This document shows, piece after piece, positions 1 to 10,900 of a stretch of 64,000 bases of DNA (the first letter of the stretch is position 1; each line of letters begins with the position of its first letter). The DNA is from Stylophora pistillata (taxonomy: Eukaryota), in NCBI RefSeq assembly GCF_002571385.2, contig NW_019217823.1:306035-370034 (forward strand), given 5' to 3'. The notes beneath the pieces are model-generated. The model did no database searches. It saw only the letters and a list, made by a program, of their open reading frames with translations, and was not told where the DNA came from. The position numbers and the translations under genes were made by a program.

Positions 1-520
1 TCGCTGTTGTCACCCATAATGAGCAGCTTAATGGGCATGCAAAGCTTCAACTCAGACCCTTGACGTTAGGCTAATAGCCAATATGACATTAGGTAATCTT
101 AGCGAAGGCGAAGGATGAGAAAGTTACTCATTACTTCTCACAGTAGCCCCTCGTAGTTAATCCATAGCTAATCACCGGTTCCCACAGATAGCAAACCAAT
201 TTGCATTCAAAACTGTCCCTCCGCTAAGTTTATTTTGAAACACGATGACGCGAAACATTGTCCCTATTAAGCTGCAACGAGAGACGTATACTTGGATTCT
301 GTGTATGCTAGATCTGATTGAGTTTCAAGTTAAGTTAAGTTATGGTGGAGATTTCCATTCGTGGTCTCCTACGTCTACCTCGTGTAGTTGTTGACTCTAT
401 TTCCTTTTGGTAATAAATATTGGTTGGAGCAGCTCGCACGGTTGCGTTAATATTCAAATTAAGTGCACTTGTTTTTATTTAAATGATGAAGTGCGAGTCT
501 ATCTAATGAAACTTAACTGA
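1..520 (+). repeat. Diverged copy of 23362-23870
   Basis: Collinear (taatgagcagcttaatgggcatgcaaagcttcaactca ... agtctatcta.tgaaa) with scattered substitutions. Confidence 0.85.
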
Positions 521-1013
521 TTTGATCGACATCGGTTGTGCACAGTAATGGAAACTCAACTGACCTCCGAAGTAGCTAGCTGTCGCAGAAGAAAAGACTG
601 TTGGCCCGATGAAACTAGACATGCACTACCTTAGTTGCCTTCTTAGAAAAAGAAAAGATGCAAAGCAGAGTCCAAAGTTTCAAATGCAAAATTCGTAAAA
701 CTATTCCATTTAATGCTACTAAATATTTTGGACTCGTTGACTGAGTAGGAGGGCCGAGGGAAAATATTTGCCTCTGTGTCATACGAGGTCCTACGTCATA
801 ACAGGAGCGTAATAATTTTCCGTCCCGCCCGACTGTATTAATTCAATAATTATTTCATCATATAAACACGAAAAGAGATTATAAAGAGGAAAATTTTCTT
901 TATTTCTTCTAGTCTGCACAAGAAAATCACGATTCATTGAGAAACGAAATCCCTTTTTTTTCTGTTTCTTTTGCCACTGAGTGTGGGTCGCATGACTTTT
1001 TTCCGGATCAGCA

Positions 1014-1475
1014 GGGGCCCGTTTCTCGAAAGTCCCGGTCACTTAACGGGCCCGTAGAGCTGTTCTGTTTTCATTTATGATGAGGATTTCAAAAGTTTTG
1101 ATTATGATACAATAAAACTATCAGCTCAAGAAACAAAAAGGACTTGTTTTGGGTGCCAGAACCTGCTTCCCTATCGCTTAAGTTTTGATTTTAAAACATG
1201 ACTTCAGGCCCGTTAAGTTACCGGGACTTTCGAGAAACGGTCCCAAGGGCCGTTTCTCAAAAGTCCCGGTCACTTAACGGGGCCCGTAGAGCTGTTCTGT
1301 TTTCGTTTATGATGAGGATTTCAAAAGTTTTGAAAATAACACAATAAAACTACCAGCTAAAGAAACAATATGGACTGATTTGGATGCCAGAACCTTCTTT
1401 TCTATCCTTTAAATATTGACTTTAAAACATGGCTTCGGGCCCGTTAAGTTACCAGGACTTTCAAGAAATGGACCC
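1014..1475. mobile_element. Two tandem copies of a ~230-bp MITE (PIF/Harbinger-like TIRs)
   Basis: Copies at 1014-1244 and 1247-1475. TIR gg(g)cccgtttctcgaaagtcccgg...ttaacgggcc is mirrored at each 3' end. The superfamily call is inferred from the GGG(G)CC termini. Confidence 0.8.
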
Positions 1476-2040
1476 TTGCTCACTTCAACAACGGCAGCTT
1501 TCATCGTAGTCTTCTATAGGATTACACAAGTGGGGCCGTACGGTTATATACACCGAGCGAGATATATGAGTTAAAAATGCAAACTTTTAGACTTGTAATT
1601 AGCTGAGATTAAAACCATTTTTACCTCTCTATTTCAGGTTGATTTGGAGAGAGTGCAGTTGAACTCGGACCGGATGGAGCACGCATAAGACTTTTACAAC
1701 AGAAATGATTTTCAGTAAACTTGAATGGAAATGAAAATCCCTCTGAGAAACGGTACAAATGATATGTTGACTACGTTTGTGTTTATAAATTTGCTAATTC
1801 CCTTGGTTGTCTTTAATTTTTTCGGTGTTCAATACATCCTGAAACAGTTTTGCAAATGAGATCGACATTAGCGTGAGAAAACACTTTTTACTATTGTGAT
1901 GGCTGATAGTTTTTAAATGACACAGTGACTTATAATTGAAGGAGGGGGTTATGCTTCAGAGAACTAGCTAATTGAATAATTATTTAGGGGAAAAATTCAC
2001 AAGAAGCAAAGCAAGGTACAAACTCTGACGCAAATTTATC

Positions 2041-2092
2041 ACTCTTCGATCAGAAAGAACCCGATTACTCTTCGATCAGAAAGAACCCGATT
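2041..2092 (+). repeat. Exact 26-bp tandem duplication
   Basis: actcttcgatcagaaagaacccgatt x2. Confidence 0.9.
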
Positions 2093-2612
2093 AAAGGTCT
2101 GGTTCAGATGAGGTCTATAAAGGTACGACAAGAATATGTACTTGCACGTGTCGGAAACCTTCAAACGTGCTCATTGTATTATCTCAAGATGATTGATATT
2201 CCCAGCAAATAACACCAGGGGTTTCCACCGATTTCATGCGATTCCCTTCGCTCAACACGACACACTTCCATGGCGTAAGGCACTCAACGTGATCCTTGGA
2301 GATGCCTGTACTGTCTCGTTACAATTGATCTACAATCATCTCAATCACCTAAAGGCTGACTCGGAATAAGTTTGTCGTATTAATGTTTCGAAATTCTTGT
2401 TCACCATATTTGATGATTCAATCTACCAAAGAACGCTCGAGAAACTGAAATCACATTTATCATTCGCATTTAAAAGACTGCTCATGCTTACCACTCGTTG
2501 TAGTCACAGAGTTGTAAGTCTCCTAATTACAACCTCATGACCGCTCCTTAGATTGCCTTTCAGAGTCGACTCAGTTAAACCAAGCGACTGACACGAAGTG
2601 ACTGACAATATT

Positions 2613-2655
2613 AGCCTCCCGGTTAGCTCAATGGATAGAGCGCTTGACCATTGTG
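2613..2655 (+). mobile_element. Truncated tRNA-like SINE head
   Basis: cccggttagctcaatggatagagcgc (A box) is cut by the 'n' at 2656. Confidence 0.5.
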
Positions 2656-3469
2656 NCCAGGGGAGCTAACGGGTTTGTTTTTGGACTGCAGGCCGCTGGC
2701 TACCCTCGCCGGGCTTATTTTTGTTACCCAACATACTGTGCGATCGGCGAAGGGACAGTGGTCGTTTCAACCAGCCAAATTCGAAATGGGAAAGCCTATC
2801 GATCTGGAGATAAAAGTATCGCTAGTGAAAGATCTGGGGGAGGAATTGTGAATCGAGTGAATGGAAAATGGAACTGCAACATCTCTGCTTTGATTTTCTG
2901 GAGGAATCGAGACTGGTGGAAATTTTTTGGCGGAATTATTCGCTTCGGGCGACGGACGCTTCTAAAATAGGTTTCCGGCCTTGTCTTTCTTTTAGCAGTT
3001 GAACACCAACATAGCGCTAACTCGCCGAAAACGCTTCAAAATGGCCTGAGACGTTCGGAATCAACAAAGAAAACAACAAGGCAATAAAGTGAGCCCATTA
3101 TATTTCAAAACAAGACATTTTTTTCTCTCTTTTAAGGCAAACCGATAACATCCCATACAAACCTTTAAGCTAAACCAAACAACAAATAAGTTCTAATACG
3201 AAGTGATAGATATAGCTTACAAAGTTAAACATGTCCCTTAGACTTGCAAGGACGAATTTTAAGGCGGTTGGGGGAGAGCTTAGAGAGCTTTTATAACCAT
3301 TGTGACTTGAAGATCACATATTTGAAGTATTTCCGGTGGGAAAAAACCCTGTCATCTTTGATTTAAAGCATATTCCTTAGGGATCAACTCACAAAAGGAG
3401 AAGTTGAATTGCATTGTCAACCAAGCATTAGTGTCAAAGAGTGACGGGAAAAAATGAAAAAAAAAAACA

Positions 3470-4750
3470 ATTATAATAATAATAACCACAGCGAATCAAA
3501 ATCAACGCATTTATGTTGGCATGGTTATGGAAGGTCTGATAGCAGCCACAAGATCGCTAGTGTCTCGGAAGAGAACTAAATTATCTTGGTAAAAGAATAT
3601 TTATCTCAGTGTTCGAAGACAGGCTTGCCTGACCGCTGAACCAATTTAAAACGGGTATTTTCCCTCTAGAAATAGGTGTGATGTAATGTATTCTTTTTTA
3701 TCAAAACATGTGTAGATTACAATGAGACTTTAAGTGAGCAGGGGGTTTCCTCAAATTGCTATACAATCCATCTGCTTTAACGCCCTATTTATAATTAATC
3801 TTTTATGTTAGAGGAGCTGAGTTGAACACTGCCTCGTAAGTTGGTGATCGATTCTGTGGTTGCTGATCTCATTCTGTACGCTACTGGACATTTTCACACA
3901 CGAAGGTTAGTTCTAGTTTGATTCGTTTGGATAATAAGTGTCATTTAATCACATAATAAACGATTACTTCAACAACAGCTGCCAATTAATCAACCTGCTT
4001 AAACAAATAAATGAACTTCAACTTCAACTTCAACTGTTCGACTATTTAACGTCCTAAATTAAACACTGCGAACCGACTCTCAAGGCGCGAACTTCCAGTC
4101 CTTTTTAATCACTTTTAAAACTTATTGTTGCAATTTCTCACGTTAAAATCCGCCTTTCCATACGCTTAGCCGTCACCCAGACGGTGTGTGGAAATAAGCT
4201 TCCTGGTGAAGATTCGTTGAATCGTAAGAAGGAACGGTTAAATGCATATGGCGCGAACATCCAGTCTTTTTACTCACTTCGGTCAAATGAAGTATCTAAA
4301 AGTTCCGCGATTAACACAGACAATATATCTTGCCAATCGTATCGTTGTGATCGATTTTTTTCAGTGCGAAGAGGTTCATCAATTCAGCACAACAAGCATT
4401 TGCAGTGTACATTTTCTATCTTTTGTGGAAGTTCTCGAAGATTCTCTATGCTCGATTAGAGCAAATTATAATGCAATTGAGTCCCGTTCACATGGGTTAC
4501 TTCTTATATTGCCTTTCTAAATCCCACCACTTGCATTGCGATAATATTAGACCATTACCGGATAATTTCGCGTGGAAACCACCTTGTTTTTATGAAGTAG
4601 CTGTAAACAACTCTTCCAATCAAACAAGCAGCTTACTAGGCGGAAAGAGACAATAAGACTACATGCATGAGTGATCCAGGCAGTTCGCTTTGACGGAGGG
4701 CTACCGCTCAAAAAGTCAGCTTTAAAAACTTTTAAGTTACAGTGGCCAAG
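3470..4750 (+). repeat. Diverged direct duplication, copy 1 (copy 2 at ~6116-7710)
   Basis: Collinear from taataaccacagcgaatcaaaatc to acagtggcca/acggtggcca, with indels and a non-homologous middle segment. Confidence 0.85.
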
Positions 4751-5692
4751 GTAAATTGTCAACTCAGAGTAAAACCATTTTGTCCTATGGTCATATTGCT
4801 TTTCCTTATGGAAGTGGTAAGGATGCAGAGCAACCTACCTCGTGGAATAAAGGGTAAAAGCCCTCCAAATGTGAAACCCAATAACCGCTTTGTTTCAATA
4901 GAAATCAAAGACAATTTAAACTTTTAATCCTGGTCAGTATTGTCAACCACCCGTTCGAACAACCGGGCCCTACAGGAGTACACATTTTATCCGCACTACT
5001 TCGCAAAAAGGTCGGCGGAATACCTGCAACACTAGCCTACCCGTCAAAGTCTGAAGAAAAGGTCTTTTGAAGTCACTTTCCAGTCAATAACCAATATCAT
5101 GGGGAAACACAGGGACAGGTCGTTCAAGACAAAGAAGTAATTCATTTCCCAAAGGATAACAGCAGCATTTTTTAAAGCTGTCCATCCGATATTAGCTGAC
5201 ATCAGAAATACACCCCCTTACATAAGAAAAGCGCAGTCATGTGTAATAAGTTAAGCCTACGAGTAGCCTTCTTCCTTTGTCTAACTTTGGAAGGAACCGC
5301 AACAGACAGTGAATCATCATTACATTTCACCCATTCACGCTACCCTCGCTGCCACGAGAGATGTTTACTCGACCGCGACAGTATGCGAATGACAGACTTT
5401 TTCTTTTACGACCATGATGTAACGCAATCAGAGTGCGCTCACCGCCTGTTCGGTAAGCAGCTTAGCTGTGACAAATAATTGACAGCTTAGTGTCTGTGAA
5501 TAATTGATTTAAAAGCAGATGTGAAAGCCGGTGCACTTTAAGGTACTAACATCTGGTCGCGGTCTTTCGAAAGTTAGCTAACGCGACCCACTGGATAAAT
5601 CTTTACCCAATGGATAGCGCAGCACGTTTTGCTATCACTTACCGGTGGATGGCTATATATCCGTTGGATAACGCTATCCGTCCTTTATACAA

Positions 5693-6138
5693 CTGATATC
5701 ATCGTTAAAGATTCAGTGAATTCCACCTGCAAACTGATTGATATGACTGTTCCATCAGATAGAAACATTGCACTGAAGGAAACTGAAAAAAAAAAAAGCA
5801 AGTACAAAGACCTAGAACTAGAAATAAAGAGAATGTGGCATATTATGAAAACTGTAGTGATCCCTGTGGTTGTTGGTGCGCTTGGTAGAGTGAAGAAGGG
5901 TATGGTAGAAAACATCAAGAAAGGATCAGAGAGAGCTACTATGACAGAGACGCAAAAGATCTGCATGCTGGGATCGGCGCGAATCCTTAGAAAGGTGCTC
6001 AGTGTAAGAACAGCATGACTGACTTAAGTGACTGACGCTCTAGCGCTCTAGGTGCATGGTTTGCGCCCGGCTGATGCACAAAAAGAACACCAACAAAGAC
6101 TGTGATAAAAGAGATGATAATAATAATAATAATAATAA
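5693..6138 (+). mobile_element. 3' end of an R4/Dong-like non-LTR retrotransposon (restriction-like endonuclease domain) with (TAA)n tail
   Basis: DIIVKD..CKLIDMTVPSDRNIALKE.EK..KYKDLELEI.RMW..VIPVVVGALG..QKICMLGSARILRKVL, stop at 6018, short UTR, then taataataa repeats. Confidence 0.85.
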
Positions 6139-7988
6139 CCACAGCGAATCAAAATCAACTCATTTATATTGGCATAGTTGTGGAAGGTCTGATAGCAGCC
6201 ACAAGATCGCTAGTTACTCGGAAGAGAACTAATTTATCTTGGAAAGAGAGTATTTATCTCAGTGCTCGAAGACAGGCTTGCCTGACCGCTGAACCGATTC
6301 AAAACGGGTATTTTCCCTCTAGAAATAGGTGTGATGTAATGTATTTGTTATCAAAACATGTCTAAATTAGAATGAATGACTTAGTGAGCAGGGGGTTTCC
6401 CAAAATTGTTCACTGACCCAAATTGCTATACAGTCTATCTGCTTTAACGCCCTGTTCATAATCTTTTATGTTAGGAGAGCTCAATACTGCCTCGTAAGTT
6501 GGTGATCGATTCTGTGTTTGCTGATCTCTTTCTATTCGCTACTGGATATGTCCACCTACGAAGGTTAGTTCTAATTTGATTCGTTTGGGTGATAAGCATC
6601 ATTTAAGGAAGTAATAAGTGATCACTCCAACAACTGCTCGACTATTTGATGTCCTAACTTAAACACCACGAACGGAAAGCACACAACGAACCGACTCTTG
6701 ACGCGCGAACCTCCAGTCTTTTTTTATTCCATCTTCGTCGCTCTCCCGTCAAAGCGTTTTATACTTCGCCAAATGAGCTTGGCTTAAGTTAAAACTGATT
6801 GTCTCAATTTCTCACGTTAAAATCCGCCTTTGCAGGCGCTTACACGCCGTCACCCAGAAGGTGTGTAGAAATAAGCTTCCTAGTGAAGATTCGTGGAATC
6901 ATAAGCAGGAAGTTAGATGCATATATTTAACCAGGCCACAAATGGTATCGGAGCCAGGGTATGCAATTTTTTGACGAAAGCGTGTTCATTTGGTCCAATA
7001 TCACGTCATCCAACAAAATCATCTAAGAGTTCTAGGATTTACTGGGACGGTATATCTTGTTACTCGTATCGTTTCAATCGAAACTTTCAGAACGAAAAGT
7101 GTCTGTCAGATTCTTCGCACATGTTACACGCGGACCCACGTGAAATGACACGTGTTTTAGCGATTCATTATGTAATGTTTTGTTTGTACAGTGGACCTTT
7201 GATCTAATGGATTGACATTTGAAACTAATTGCTGTACATTAACTTGATCAGTGCTTTTAGCGAGATAGGACATTCGTCGACATCGACATCTAGGTTAGGT
7301 TGTACTGTAAATAGGCGCAAATCAGATTAAATCAATTTTAATTACAGTATACGACTCGAAGTTTATTATAGTGTCTATCACGCACAGAAAGCATTCACAT
7401 GGTACACTTTCCTACCTATTGTTGAAATTATTCTTTCGCGAGGGCTCTTATTCATATTGCCTCTCCAAGTCCTATTACTCTCATTGCGATAATTCTCGGT
7501 AGGCCATAAGCAGGTGAGGTCGCGGAGAAACCAATTTGCTTTTTATGATGTTGCTTTAAACAAATGTCTTAATCATATAAGGACTTTATACAATAGGCGG
7601 TAAATGACAGTTAGACTACATAATCGAGTGATCCAGGCAGGATCTTTCGCTCTTTTGATTGGCCATTAAACACTCGAAACGTCATCTTTAGAAAGTCTTT
7701 ACGGTGGCCACTTTATATTATTAGCTTTGTTGATAAAACCAAATTATTTTGACAGAGGTAGAGTTCTGGAGGCTCTTAACAATTGTTTTAATCTTTTTCA
7801 GCCCACTTTTTGATGAATGGTCATGATTTCAACCACTATTTTTTATTTGGTGCTTTGAGAGTAGCATAGCACAAATCATTTGAGAAGTTCCTCATCATCA
7901 GTTAACACTTTAAAAGTGAAAGTGAGAGTGAAAGGGTTTTGACGCACTCTATGAGCGAACTATAATTACATCAATTTTTATTTTGAAG

Positions 7989-10900
7989 ATACCAGCGGCT
8001 CAAGCTTTGGAGATTTTTCTGGAGAATTTTATGGTAAGATTCATTCGGCATCTTTTTTGTGTTAGATAAACGTGTGGTAGGTAAACCAAATACTGATCTA
8101 GATATTGCTTTCTAGCCTGCAGAGCAGGTGTAATTTGGGCGAGCGAGTGCTTCGTATTTTCTTAGCGAAATATAGCCGCAATCTTTGATTTTAATCGCAG
8201 CGGAAGGCTAGGGAGAGAGAGAAATTTGTAATAAGGGGATGAGTGACAGTCAATGATAAGAAGAGGGGCTGGGGTGGGGGTGAATATCACTTCCCACCCC
8301 CCATTCCGTCGACTTTGACACCAAATTAAACATGGCCGGTTGAATAAACGATCGCGCGCTTCTTAACTCACCCTAATAAGACCCCTGCACTGCAGGCTAA
8401 TTGCTTTCTTTTATTCGTTGCATGCTTCATCAATCAATGTTCTTGTTCAAACGCGAAAGCTTCACTGAAATCGTATTTCGGTGCATGAAGAAACCGCTCA
8501 TTAATTAGGAATTCAATAAAGCTGAAATGACTTATTTTCAAACGAAATTCTCCAATCCTCTCTTTAGCCGCGCCAAGCAAACCCTGCAAGGTTTTCGTCA
8601 AAAAGTGTGTGTTCGACGTCAATGTAAATGGAGGTGGTCCCGTAGCAGTCGGCACTCATGCTAACATCACCGGCGTCTCAGGGAGTCAACCAACGGGTAC
8701 AATTTATTTGTGTAAATAGTAATTGATTTCTTATGTAACATTTTGGAAATATAAAGTTCAAAATAATCAACAAGGATACTCTGTTAACGATGCTTTCTAC
8801 AGCGTTTTCAATTCTCTTACTGGGCCATTTCTTATCTGTTTCAGAGGAATACGAAAACTCGCCCTCTCCGCAGAGCCACGAAACTGATTCGAAGTCTTAC
8901 TATTACACTAGGAATTATGAGGGAGATTATTGTCCTCACAATTATTATATACAAAAAATTGTGGCAGACTGGACTCCAAAACCACTCAATGGAATTCTTA
9001 TCCAGGAAGGTGAGATCGAAAGAGCGGCTCCCAATACATTATGACTTTTATGGGTGAGAGAGTCTACAATTTGCTTATCATTTGAATTAACAGTTCTTTT
9101 CTAATCTTAATGTTGCACATTGTTATACTTTCACTAGGTGAATTTGATTTCCAGTGGTCTGTCGAATCCTTTCTTGAAAATCCAGAAAAGTTTATTCGAG
9201 AAATGGACACCTGTGCTGGTTCGCTGAGGGAGGAAAAAGAACTGTTCATACTGCGCGGTATTTTGCCATGCCTAGAGCAAGAAATGTGGGGCAAGTCGGG
9301 TTCTAACAACATTGATGTCTACAAGGTCCTTGCTCATGTAAGCAGCAGCCGAGGTAGCGGTGACATTGCAAAGCATTCTCTACAACAACTTCAGCATCTG
9401 CTATACAGGGATTGTATTCAGAGTGCTAAGCAAAATTTGTTGAGTGTGGAAAAGATACTACGATTAACAATCGTTTCCCCAGATGGAGCATTCAAGGAAG
9501 AGGCAGACTCAATACGACTTTCTAGGCTGAAAGTATACGGGTGCATTCTCTCGGAGCTGATCATCCACCAGAATCAAGCAGGGTTCTCTAAAATTGATTC
9601 AAAGAACAACTTGAAGCAGCTTCGGGAAATTAAAAACTTTTTCAGTAAGATCTCCTGGAAAAAGAAAGACATTTTAAGATACTCTATAGAGTTCATCCAG
9701 CAAGCCATTTCTTACCTTACGCAGCCCCTCAATAAGACACTGACTTCAAATTTAGGAAATTACCTCGAGGAATGCAAGAGATACTTTGCAAACTCTGGCA
9801 TTTCAAATGAGGAGTTGTCACTTCTCAAAAAGCTGAAGAAATCTGGAATAAAATGGTGCGAGCTGCACTGTATACTTTATTACCTGCACGGGAAGGTATG
9901 TGTCTTCTATTTATGCAGAGTCCCAGAAATGTTTCTTTCGGCTGCTGGTTCGACCACGCCACCCATATATGATTATCTTAAAGCAATCACAATCAAATTA
10001 GAAATCAAATACTTTATTTAATAGTCAAAATATATATATGGCACCAATCAGACCATTTTGTGTAAATCAGTATAGGTGTTCTGTGAAACATAAATTTATA
10101 AATTTCATAAATTTCACTTTAAAAAAAGCAGGTTGTACCAATTCTGTAGGTCCACACAGAACGTCCGGAACAGGGAAACCAAGAGTGGAGGACCATGGAC
10201 CTTCTAGATCTTGTGCTGAAGGCTCATCTCGATGGGGGAGGAGGAGACGACTGGAAGTTTTGTTTGCTGGCGTCATCTATACTATCAGAGATCGCAATGA
10301 AGAATGCGATTAAAGGTAAACATTTTCACAGGAACATGAAGCTGTCCAATACCGAGAAGGAACATGCTTACATACAATCCTTTCATGCAAAAACCGATTT
10401 GACCTCATTTATTCTGATAGACATAAATTCTTAGTAATTGCACTAAACGAAATAAAAATCTCATTCTATCCTTATTTAATTAGTATGAATTTATACAAGA
10501 GCCCCTAAGGCTGCAGCGATACTTTCAACCTCCCGAATTATAGATGATTGAGCTACCTGTGACCATATCTATATAGGTGAGGAATACCTACAATTTATTA
10601 GCCAAGCATTACCATGACAATATAATATACATTTTTTTCGTTCAAAGCATTGCGATTAAAGGCAAGTTCATGTCTGGATCATCTTCGTAAAAATGAAAAA
10701 GCAAGTAAGAGACCAGAGTGCAGAGCTATAATTGACCGCTTCTCTAGAGAGATGCTGTTTAGTCCTGATAGTTCTATCACCAGCTTGTTGGTAACACATT
10801 TCTATGACAACCAAACTGAGCAGTACACGCTTCCGACAGAGCTCCACAATCAGCACCTAGCGTCAAGTTACAGGACGCACAATTTGGAAATTGACAACGT

